Positions 28,593 to 36,599 of a stretch of DNA of 64,000 nt are shown one piece after another. The position numbers were made by a program, and so were the translations under genes. The notes under the pieces were generated by a model. The model worked only from the letters and a program-made list of their open reading frames with translations. It was not told the origin of the DNA and did not search any database. The stretch is from sequence record NC_061440.1, one strand, 5' to 3'. Every line of letters starts with the position of its first letter. Position 1 is the stretch's first letter.

Positions 28593-28928
28593 ATGCAATA
28601 CGATAAGACGAAAGACTATCAGCCGTTCAAATACCTGGGTGCGCCTAAGCTGCCTAACGTGGGCTTCATCGCCAGCACTGTAACACTCGTCGAAAATGAC
28701 GTGAACATCGGTGAAGACGAATGCGAGTTTGTATTTACGGTAGAGCAGATGAACTCGCTAGACCGAGGAACGATGACCTTCCGCGCGAAAGATGCAGGTG
28801 GAGGCATCAGTATTAAGAAATGCTCCGTCTCTGGATTGAAAATGGTAATTAAGCTGGAACGACGCGTAGTGCAGTTCGGCAAAGTTCAAGTCGAGTGGGC
28901 TACGACCAGCCGTAAGTATCTTTATTAA
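28593..28928 (+). CDS. hypothetical protein
   Basis: GGGAG RBS, 111 aa. Confidence 0.65.
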   Translation: MQYDKTKDYQPFKYLGAPKLPNVGFIASTVTLVENDVNIGEDECEFVFTVEQMNSLDRGTMTFRAKDAGGGISIKKCSVSGLKMVIKLERRVVQFGKVQVEWATTSRKYLY

Positions 28929-28969
28929 TCTGTAAAGACAGAGAAAGAGCAACCACAAGAGAAACGATA

Positions 28970-29668
28970 ATGGCAAAAATTGCTAAAACAAAGGAAGGGA
29001 AAAAGAAAAGCGCGATGAAGTTTGACTTGAAAACGCTCAAGACTTCACAACTGAAAGGCGCTGATTACAACCCTCGTTTCATTACAGACAGCCGCCTGAA
29101 AGCACTCGAAAGTTCTTTGGGTAGCTTTGGCGATCTGTCTGGCATCGTCTTCAACAACAGTGTCAAAAGCGGCGTATTGATCTCTGGCCACCAGCGTCTG
29201 AAATCCATCGACGGCTGGAAGACTCGCATTGAGATTCAGAAAGCCTCCGACCAACACGGTACCGTAGCTCTGGGTTACATCCACGCTACGCACCCGAAGA
29301 AAGCCGAGAAGGTTATCAGTATCCCGTTGCGTATCGTTAACTGGACTGATAAGAAAGCCGAGTACGCTGCGAACATCGCGGCGAACGCGCACGGCGGTGA
29401 GTTCGATAACAAGAAACTCGCCAAGCTGGTGGAGAAGCTGGACTTGACCACCATCAAGCCTCAGTTGCTGGGTCTTGACCCACTTGAGATTCGCGGCCTT
29501 CAACAAAAGCTGAAAGGCCAGGCTGCGGTTGTAGCTCAAGAGCGTGTCGGTAAAACTACAGGCCAGATGAACGGCAGTAGCGGTGCGTTCAAAGAGTATG
29601 GTACGGACGAAGTAGGTGAGAGTCTGAACTGCACCTGCCCGCGCTGTGGATTTAAGTTCGAGGGATAA
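28970..29668 (+). CDS. ParB/Srx-like N-terminal domain protein with C-terminal Zn ribbon
   Basis: LKGADYNPR, SL..FG, ISGHQRL, AANIAAN..GGEFD, CPRCGF. Confidence 0.82.
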   Translation: MAKIAKTKEGKKKSAMKFDLKTLKTSQLKGADYNPRFITDSRLKALESSLGSFGDLSGIVFNNSVKSGVLISGHQRLKSIDGWKTRIEIQKASDQHGTVALGYIHATHPKKAEKVISIPLRIVNWTDKKAEYAANIAANAHGGEFDNKKLAKLVEKLDLTTIKPQLLGLDPLEIRGLQQKLKGQAAVVAQERVGKTTGQMNGSSGAFKEYGTDEVGESLNCTCPRCGFKFEG

Positions 29669-29669
29669 T

Positions 29670-31799
29670 ATGATCATCAAGCCGCCTACTATGAAGGAAA
29701 TCAACAAGCTGGATAAACCCTGGCGTGGTATGAGTTTCTTCGCAGGTTGCGGTGGATCTTCTACCGGTCACAAGATGGCCGGTATCAACATCCTGTTGAG
29801 TAACGAGTTCGTGGATAGTGCCCGCGAGTCTTACGAAGCAAACCATCCGACTACTAAAGTGCTGCCGCATGATATTCGTCGTCTGGACCCGAGCAAGCTC
29901 ATGCGTTATTGTGGCTTGGCGAAAGGCGAACTGGATTTACTTGACGGCAGTCCTCCGTGCTTTACCGAAGACACCATCATTCATACAGCAGACGGCATGA
30001 AGTTCATCTCGGACATGAATGTCGGCGATCAAGCAATGACCTCTGTTGGTCGTTACTTCCCTGTGTACGATACTATGGTTCGTCCGTATGTCGGCACGAT
30101 GCACAAAATCGAAACTCTGCTGGGCGCAAACAACGCTACACCAGAGCATCCGTTCTTTGTCAGACGCAGCATTCCTACTGGCGGCTACACTGACCCGTTC
30201 TGGTGTGATGCGAAAGACGTTCAGGAAGGTGACCTGTTAGGTAGCCCGCGCACTACGCCTGACATGGGACTCGACGTGTATCAGTCTCAACTCGATCAGC
30301 TGCCGAAGCAGATTGCAGAGTGGAGCACATTCCCTGAGTTCTGGTGGATGGTTGGACACTGGTGTGATCGCGGTTCGATTGAAACAGTGAGCGGTGTTGA
30401 AGTCGTTAGCTTTGAGTCGCACTCAAGCCTCGAAAACGCAATGATTGAGCAGGCGTTTGACGCGCTGAAAATCAGCAGCCTGAACCGTATCGACACGATG
30501 ACAGCACAACGCAAAACGTTCCGTATCGTTATGGACGCAGAGCTGGTGCAGTTCTTACGCCGATTCGTCAGTCAGGGCAACAACAAGTTCTCTCGTCGTC
30601 TGCCTGCGATTGTCTTCCACCTGACAGTCGAATTGAAGCAACAGTTCATTCTCGGTTGTGCCGGTCATGACTATGTGACTGGTATGGGAACAGGCTTGGC
30701 GATCACCTCAGATAGCCGTCGCTTCCTGATTGAGCTGAACTACCTGTGCTGTTCTGCATTCAACCGACCGCTGTTCGATGGTCTGACTTGGGGCGACGTT
30801 TACTTCGGCAGCCCGATGACTCCGCGTGATCGTAACAGTGTTAAGCCTCTCATTGGCTTCCTGTTCCTGCAGGACGAACACAACTTCTTCCACGAGTTCG
30901 ATGACGCTGACCCGCATTTGTGGGTAGAAGTGATTGAGAACCTCGCGTATCAGGCGACATGTGACGTGTACAACTTCTCCGTTGAGACGGATGAAACATA
31001 CGTTGCAAACAGCATGGTCGTTCACAACTGCAAGGGCTTCTCTACTGCAGGTGTGAAAGAAGAAGGCTGGGGCAAGGAAGTTAAATACAGCGATAACAAG
31101 TATCAGCAGGTTGATGACCTGTTCGATCAGTATTGTCGTATGCTGGAAGGCATGAAGCCGAAGGTGTTCACTGCGGAAAACGTGAGTGGCCTTGTGAAGG
31201 GCGCATCGAAAGGTTACTTCCTTGAAATCATGAAGGAGTTCGACCGAATAGGTTATTACGTTCGAGCACCTATGCTTAATGCTGCGTGGCTTGGTGTGCC
31301 TCAATCGCGTGAGCGTATCATCTTTATGGGTGTACGCAAAGACGTTGCACACGCACTGGGTCACAAGACGGCTGCGGCCGCTGTGCCGAATGTTGTTCCG
31401 TGTGACAGTATGGCATTCCTTGCCGATGCTCTGCCGCATATTCTGCGATACAAGTCCACGAAGAAAGATATCATCACCTATCTTCCTGCGATGAACGGAC
31501 CTATGCCAACGATCACTGCTGCCGACGCCATTGCGTATGAGACCGCGCGATTCTCATCGGCTGGCTTCGTCGAGGACAACAAAGGTCATCGCCGTAAACT
31601 GACCATTGACGAACTCAAAGTGATATCGGGTTTGCCCTCAGACTACAAACTGAAAGGCAAATTCGAAGAACAGTGGGAACGTCTTGGTCGTATCTGTGTG
31701 CCTGCAATGACACACGCAGCGGCTAAAGCGCTCATCGAACACGTCCTGATTCCTTACGCGAAGAAACGTAAGAAGAAGCCAGGCGATATCTTTAAGTAA
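29670..31799 (+). CDS. C5-cytosine DNA methyltransferase homolog, intein-interrupted; predicted carboxymethyltransferase (CmoX-like)
   Basis: Motifs I FAGCGG, IV GSPPC, VI ENV, VIII PQSRER, IX RKLTIDE; motif X reads QWERLGRICVP instead of Q.GN.V. Confidence 0.9.
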   Translation: MIIKPPTMKEINKLDKPWRGMSFFAGCGGSSTGHKMAGINILLSNEFVDSARESYEANHPTTKVLPHDIRRLDPSKLMRYCGLAKGELDLLDGSPPCFTEDTIIHTADGMKFISDMNVGDQAMTSVGRYFPVYDTMVRPYVGTMHKIETLLGANNATPEHPFFVRRSIPTGGYTDPFWCDAKDVQEGDLLGSPRTTPDMGLDVYQSQLDQLPKQIAEWSTFPEFWWMVGHWCDRGSIETVSGVEVVSFESHSSLENAMIEQAFDALKISSLNRIDTMTAQRKTFRIVMDAELVQFLRRFVSQGNNKFSRRLPAIVFHLTVELKQQFILGCAGHDYVTGMGTGLAITSDSRRFLIELNYLCCSAFNRPLFDGLTWGDVYFGSPMTPRDRNSVKPLIGFLFLQDEHNFFHEFDDADPHLWVEVIENLAYQATCDVYNFSVETDETYVANSMVVHNCKGFSTAGVKEEGWGKEVKYSDNKYQQVDDLFDQYCRMLEGMKPKVFTAENVSGLVKGASKGYFLEIMKEFDRIGYYVRAPMLNAAWLGVPQSRERIIFMGVRKDVAHALGHKTAAAAVPNVVPCDSMAFLADALPHILRYKSTKKDIITYLPAMNGPMPTITAADAIAYETARFSSAGFVEDNKGHRRKLTIDELKVISGLPSDYKLKGKFEEQWERLGRICVPAMTHAAAKALIEHVLIPYAKKRKKKPGDIFK
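29958..31028 (+). mobile_element. intein (357 aa) with degenerate LAGLIDADG endonuclease, in the catalytic PC motif
   Basis: SPP/CFTEDT start, block B NATPEHPF, ends VVHN followed by Cys(+1), the catalytic cysteine. Confidence 0.93.
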
Positions 31800-31807
31800 G
31801 GGCATAT

Positions 31808-31906
31808 ATGTTCTGGCTTGGACTTGGCATTGGTGTCGTATTGGGTCTGATTATCGCAGCCCTAATTCTGATCTACTACTTCAAAGACTTTGCGGTCTTT
31901 CGTTAA
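31808..31906 (+). CDS. 32-aa single-TM peptide (not in ORF track)
   Basis: MFWLGLGIGVVLGLIIAALILIYYFKDFAVFR, AAGGG RBS. Confidence 0.55.
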   Translation: MFWLGLGIGVVLGLIIAALILIYYFKDFAVFR

Positions 31907-31938
31907 TCAATAGGACAAGGAAGTCCAGGAGAATTGAA

Positions 31939-32505
31939 ATGTCATACACTATCAAGCGTGACCTGATGATCGCGTTCGTACAAAACGATCAACTGCAATG
32001 TGCTTCAATTAAAGTGAAAGCAAGCGGCAACGAAGACGTGTTTATCTATAACGCGTTGGGTGGATTGCAGGCGCTGCTCAACACGAAGATCTTCACGCAG
32101 AAGCCTACGGACGTTGACCTGCTTCCTACGCTGGAGTATCGTCAGGCTGCGCACTGTCTTTATTCGGACACAGGCATTCTGAAACGTCTGGAGAACATCT
32201 TCTCCAAAGACGGCGTGACAATCAAACTGGTCGATAAGCAGAAAGACAGTGTGCTGTCCGTTGCCTCCCTGTTCTGGATTGATCGCAAAGACATGGTGGC
32301 CTGTCAGGTGCTTGAGACAGACCTGGAGAAGCATGACAAGAAAACGTTAATCGTCACCGAAGACCTCGATGTTGATTACGTTAACTCCCCTGTTGTGATT
32401 CCGTACGATGCGGACGCCCAGTGCGTTCATGACACCTATCTGTGTGAGCGTGTGTATACGCTGCATGGCTGGAACGAAACCGTCACCTGCGCTGTAGGTA
32501 AATAA
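31939..32505 (+). CDS. hypothetical protein
   Basis: AGGAG RBS. Confidence 0.7.
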   Translation: MSYTIKRDLMIAFVQNDQLQCASIKVKASGNEDVFIYNALGGLQALLNTKIFTQKPTDVDLLPTLEYRQAAHCLYSDTGILKRLENIFSKDGVTIKLVDKQKDSVLSVASLFWIDRKDMVACQVLETDLEKHDKKTLIVTEDLDVDYVNSPVVIPYDADAQCVHDTYLCERVYTLHGWNETVTCAVGK

Positions 32506-32506
32506 C

Positions 32507-32674
32507 ATGGTACGCTACCCGATAATCTTCTTCGCTACATGGATTCTGGTAGCGTACTCGTTATCGACAGTGGACGTTTCTGTGGAGTGGTGTGAAAAGG
32601 TAGGCATGGTGTGCGCTGCGTTCTTCACCCACTTTGAAATGAAATGGCAGCGCTTTATCAAGGAGCAACAATGA
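32507..32674 (+). CDS. small membrane protein (55 aa, not in ORF track)
   Basis: MVRYPIIFFATWILVAYSL...; fills the gap, ATGA coupling. Confidence 0.5.
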   Translation: MVRYPIIFFATWILVAYSLSTVDVSVEWCEKVGMVCAAFFTHFEMKWQRFIKEQQ

Positions 32675-33081
32675 GTAAGCGCCAAGAAGCAATTGCTGTA
32701 CTGAAAGAGTTCTTCTTTGACTTCCAACGAGGTTTCGTTCGCTTCGACTACGAAGAAGGTTTGTCTTCGTTTCAATTTCACGTTGATGAAATCCGTGAAG
32801 TCCAGATTCACACAGGCGAAGGTATCAATAAAGCCAATGGCGATATCATCCTGGTGTCTCGCGTAAACATTGATCTCATTGGTGGCGGCTCTGCGCATTC
32901 GTGTTCATTGCACCCTGAGAAAGGTCTGGAAAATTTAAAGCGTCTTGCATCGGCCTTGCTTCTGCTGCGAGACTCTGCCTGCGGTCTCTCATACGCTAAC
33001 TATGCGGTGAAGGCTGTAGAGACAAAGTTCTATCTCAATCCGCCTACAGTAAACTGGCAGGTTGAATCTCCCGCCGAGTAA
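32671..33081 (+). CDS. hypothetical protein
   Basis: AAGGAG RBS. Confidence 0.65.
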   Translation: MSKRQEAIAVLKEFFFDFQRGFVRFDYEEGLSSFQFHVDEIREVQIHTGEGINKANGDIILVSRVNIDLIGGGSAHSCSLHPEKGLENLKRLASALLLLRDSACGLSYANYAVKAVETKFYLNPPTVNWQVESPAE

Positions 33082-33139
33082 TCGGCATTCGGTGTGCGAC
33101 ACAAAAGTGATTGCACCCTCTACCTAAAAGGTATGTACT

Positions 33140-33877
33140 ATGACTAAGCAACACACTTCCTACAGCTCTGCATTCGCTATCGGTGAAATGGCTCTGCTGT
33201 CTCTCGATAACTTTGGGCAAAACAAAGTACCTTACGGTGTAGTCGAAGGCTGCATGGCTTACGGTGAACAGCGTCTGTACCGCGTATCGTTGTTTGTGAA
33301 CGATGGTCCTGAATCGAATCCGTCTGCGTTCCTGCATCAAGGTCGTCCTGTCGATGGCTTCATTGCATCGGATCTGAAAGCGGTCAAAGAGCAGTACGTT
33401 GATCATATTGGTCACGTTGGTCGCTTCGAACAGCCTCACCACAAACTCGGTGATTCGCTGTTTATATCCGGCCAGCTGGTGGAAGTTGATATCGACCTTG
33501 AACTGCCTGGTGAGTACGACAAGTTCAACATTCCTGTGCAGATCACTGGCGTCACCTATGTTGAAGGTAAAGTGCTGTACGAAGTGAGCATCCAACGTGC
33601 ATACTATAATGACGGTCGTGTTAACGGTGGTCGTCTGGTGCGTGATACGTTGAGCAATATCGACAGCATCTACATCAAGCCTATTGCTGGTTGGCCTAAG
33701 ACCTGCCTCGAACAAGAAGGCGATGCAACGTTAATCATCAAAGGCGACGGCACGGTGACTATTGATGGCGCGGCCGATGTGGTAATCACTGCGAACAGCA
33801 TCTCACTCGAACCTGTAGTATCAGGCAGAACGTCTGGTCTTGTAGAGAACCAGAGCAACGTCCCGCGTTCTAAGTAA
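33140..33877 (+). CDS. hypothetical protein
   Basis: 245 aa, followed by a terminator. Confidence 0.7.
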   Translation: MTKQHTSYSSAFAIGEMALLSLDNFGQNKVPYGVVEGCMAYGEQRLYRVSLFVNDGPESNPSAFLHQGRPVDGFIASDLKAVKEQYVDHIGHVGRFEQPHHKLGDSLFISGQLVEVDIDLELPGEYDKFNIPVQITGVTYVEGKVLYEVSIQRAYYNDGRVNGGRLVRDTLSNIDSIYIKPIAGWPKTCLEQEGDATLIIKGDGTVTIDGAADVVITANSISLEPVVSGRTSGLVENQSNVPRSK

Positions 33878-33883
33878 GACCTT

Positions 33884-33909
33884 ATGGGTGGCTTCGGTCA
33901 CCCATTTTT
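33884..33909 (+). terminator. rho-independent terminator
   Basis: atgggtggc-ttcg-gtcacccat-tttt. Confidence 0.85.
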
Positions 33910-33946
33910 GTATCTGGAATCTGTAAATATATGTCAGGAGGATAGC

Positions 33947-34282
33947 ATGAAAGAGAAAGTAGAAGAATTGAGGCAGTATGTGCTCAAGCGTGTCAATGAG
34001 AACGCACAGCCTGAATTGGGTGTTGGTGAAGAGGCCATTCGTAGTCACGCCCGTGACGTGGTTGAAGGTATCATGAAGTCATTGAAGGAGACTTCTTCTG
34101 GCATTCGCGTTGTATGTGACGAATCAAACAATCCTAAGTACAACATCGACAACAATATCCTTACTCTGGACTTGTTGATCTCAGACCCACATGTAATCAA
34201 AATAATCTTTGAAGGAAACGACAATGCTAAAACGTCTGTTGGCTTTATTCAGCAAGAAGCAATCGTCCCAAAAGACGTTTGA
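33947..34282 (+). CDS. hypothetical protein
   Basis: AGGAGG RBS; CTGTAAATA at 33921. Confidence 0.7.
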   Translation: MKEKVEELRQYVLKRVNENAQPELGVGEEAIRSHARDVVEGIMKSLKETSSGIRVVCDESNNPKYNIDNNILTLDLLISDPHVIKIIFEGNDNAKTSVGFIQQEAIVPKDV

Positions 34283-34706
34283 AGAAAAGCTGGAACAACT
34301 GAGTGACTACGATCGGACAGCGCGTGTTGATCGTCAAGGCAATACCCACTTCGCTAAAGATGAACGTGCTGTGCGTATGCACCGAGCGCTGCATCCTGGT
34401 CATCAACCTCGTCCTGACCGTAGGCCACCTGTGACTCAAAGCCGCCACCAGTTTGAAGCGCCTGCCCGTCGCGGCATGACTATCAACCAAGCGTCAGAAC
34501 AGCGTATGCGCAACGATGATGCGTTTCTGCATGGTATGATGGCGCAGTCTATGATTAACAACTCAACGCCATCTCGTCTGCATGATGTTGATACGTGCCA
34601 CACTCCGCACCATACCCCATATCATACGCCGAGCGGTGGGTACGACACAACTCCGTCTGATGGTGGCGGCTCCTACGACGGCGGCGGCGGAGGTTCCTGT
34701 GATTAA
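34224..34706 (+). CDS. hypothetical protein with S/D/G-rich tail
   Basis: AAGGA RBS; ends DGGGSYDGGGGGSCD. Confidence 0.65.
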   Translation: MLKRLLALFSKKQSSQKTFEEKLEQLSDYDRTARVDRQGNTHFAKDERAVRMHRALHPGHQPRPDRRPPVTQSRHQFEAPARRGMTINQASEQRMRNDDAFLHGMMAQSMINNSTPSRLHDVDTCHTPHHTPYHTPSGGYDTTPSDGGGSYDGGGGGSCD

Positions 34707-34731
34707 ACGTTTAATGAACTGGATAGGCTTG

Positions 34732-35037
34732 ATGCTTATCTCGGACAAAAACAAGCGTAAGCTCCGTCAACACGAAGCGATGCTGCGCGCCTGTACCGAC
34801 GTGTATGATTGGTGTGGTGCTGACTTCCCTCAAGCCGCCGAAGCTGTCGAGTATGTGCGTACTCGCGCACTTGGCTATGAAGGCCGCTTGAACTACAACA
34901 ACAATATCATGAGTCCCTACGACTGCCATTCAGGGATTAGTGATTGGCGAGAAGCGATGCGCCGTAAGTACAAGAACCTGCCTGAGCTTGACTTCGACGG
35001 CAAGGACTTCAAAGTTAAGAGCGTCATTGTTGATTAA
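34732..35037 (+). CDS. hypothetical protein
   Basis: ORF in operon. Confidence 0.55.
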   Translation: MLISDKNKRKLRQHEAMLRACTDVYDWCGADFPQAAEAVEYVRTRALGYEGRLNYNNNIMSPYDCHSGISDWREAMRRKYKNLPELDFDGKDFKVKSVIVD

Positions 35038-35046
35038 GGAAACAGT

Positions 35047-35232
35047 ATGAGCAAAGAGGGTGATCGCGAGAAACTCCAGGAGTTCCGCGACGAGTTAGAA
35101 CAGGATTGCGATCAGCAAGAGGAAGAAGACTTCGACTTCTCTGATAACGATCCCCTGCTGGACGCTTGCTGCGCTGCACCGCATTGGGATGAAGACGGAG
35201 TGTGTACGCACTGCGGTTCCGACCCACGTTAA
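35047..35232 (+). CDS. small acidic Cys-motif protein
   Basis: AAGGA RBS; CC...CTHC. Confidence 0.6.
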   Translation: MSKEGDREKLQEFRDELEQDCDQQEEEDFDFSDNDPLLDACCAAPHWDEDGVCTHCGSDPR

Positions 35233-35259
35233 TCCACAAACCATATACCGAGAATAAGC

Positions 35260-35727
35260 ATGGAAAAGAATACCGACGAGAAGATTGTTGTGCTAGACAA
35301 GGATGTGTTTGGCCGTCTGTTGAGTTATGCAGAGGTTGGGGAACGTGATTGCGGTGAGAACTTCTTCGGCCAGTCTATCAAGGATATTAAAAAGCATGTA
35401 GCTCGCTTCAATATCCACCAGCGCACGGCTATGGCATCTGACCTGCGTGACGCGAAGCTCTACAAAGCAGCGCGTCGTCGATTCGTGAAGAAGGCCGCGC
35501 GTTTAAGTTCGCAGCGTGATACCGTACGCTACATGGTTGACCATCAGCACAGGGTCATCTACCCCGTGAAGATCATCGGCAAGTCGGCCATAGGACCACA
35601 TCGTTTGAAGTACGAAAGCCTGTGTGATGGTTGGACGAGTGATGCAGTGGTAGACTACATCTTCGAGACACGCGAAGAACTGCCTGCTGATTACCGTGTT
35701 GTTGAAGTAGGAGAACGCATTGAATGA
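35260..35727 (+). CDS. hypothetical protein
   Basis: ORF in operon. Confidence 0.65.
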   Translation: MEKNTDEKIVVLDKDVFGRLLSYAEVGERDCGENFFGQSIKDIKKHVARFNIHQRTAMASDLRDAKLYKAARRRFVKKAARLSSQRDTVRYMVDHQHRVIYPVKIIGKSAIGPHRLKYESLCDGWTSDAVVDYIFETREELPADYRVVEVGERIE

Positions 35728-35921
35728 AACCGCACGAGATTATATTCGTCACCAGCACATTCGCCTGCATTCTGACGTGGTGTTTATATCAGAACGATCT
35801 GTGGTGTGAGCGCAACATCATGTCCCACCAGCGTTCTAACAAAATACGTTGGTCATTCATTATCAGCGCCTCTGTCTTCTTTGTCAGTCTTTGCTATAAC
35901 GCCTATCTGGAGTGGTATTGA
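35724..35921 (+). CDS. small two-TM membrane protein
   Basis: Two hydrophobic segments, coupled starts and stops. Confidence 0.55.
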   Translation: MKPHEIIFVTSTFACILTWCLYQNDLWCERNIMSHQRSNKIRWSFIISASVFFVSLCYNAYLEWY

Positions 35922-36325
35922 TGAAAGCACTCTCTATCCGCCAACCGTGGGCGTGGCTGATCGTTCAAGGCCACAAGAAGATTGAGAACCGCACGTGGGA
36001 CACGAAGAAGCGCGGACGTTTTCTCGTTCACGCCTCATCTAAGCGTCCGTCTGATCACGACATGCAGGTAGCGAGAGAAATCTGCGACGGTCTGAATATC
36101 ACGCTGCCTGAAAAGCATGAGTTCGTGCTTGGCTCTATCGTAGGCTACGCTACTGTCTGCGGTACTGTCACGCAGTCCGATGATCCATTTTTCTTCGGGC
36201 CTGTAGGCATTCAGTTGAAAGATTGTCGTGCTGTCGAACCGATTCGCTTCAAAGGTGCTCTCAGTTTCTTCAACACACCGTACTGTGTCGTAGGCGGTAA
36301 GGTAGTTCAGTCACCACGATGCTAA
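35921..36325 (+). CDS. ASCH domain protein
   Basis: MKALSIRQPWAWLIVQGHKKIENRTW...RG...VHAS signature. Confidence 0.9.
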   Translation: MKALSIRQPWAWLIVQGHKKIENRTWDTKKRGRFLVHASSKRPSDHDMQVAREICDGLNITLPEKHEFVLGSIVGYATVCGTVTQSDDPFFFGPVGIQLKDCRAVEPIRFKGALSFFNTPYCVVGGKVVQSPRC

Positions 36326-36534
36326 GACCCATACTCGTACCTCAGCAAGGCAAGCTCGTTCTAGCGCATCTCATCAATGAAGATCGCAACGAAGTTTATT
36401 TCGTGCGTCACCTTAAGGTGAGAGGTGTGGTTGTGTGTCAAGTCGGGATCGTGCCTGTGACAGTCGTAACATTCCTATATGGCTTCTCGCCCACTACGGA
36501 TGATTACGATGTGGTTAGGCAGATGCGCAAATAA
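36319..36534 (+). CDS. hypothetical protein
   Basis: Short ORF before a terminator. Confidence 0.45.
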   Translation: MLRPILVPQQGKLVLAHLINEDRNEVYFVRHLKVRGVVVCQVGIVPVTVVTFLYGFSPTTDDYDVVRQMRK

Positions 36535-36538
36535 TATT

Positions 36539-36563
36539 AGGGTGGCCTCCGGCTGCCCTTTTT
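36539..36563 (+). terminator. rho-independent terminator
   Basis: agggtggcc-tcc-ggctgccct-tttt; stem identical to the 17843 terminator. Confidence 0.8.
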
Positions 36564-36599
36564 GCGTAATTTCTCCACATTAGCAAGAGGAGAAATACC

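Noticed and set aside
34660-34700. GGC-rich repeat
   Set aside because: Simply encodes a Gly-rich protein tail; not an array or contingency locus
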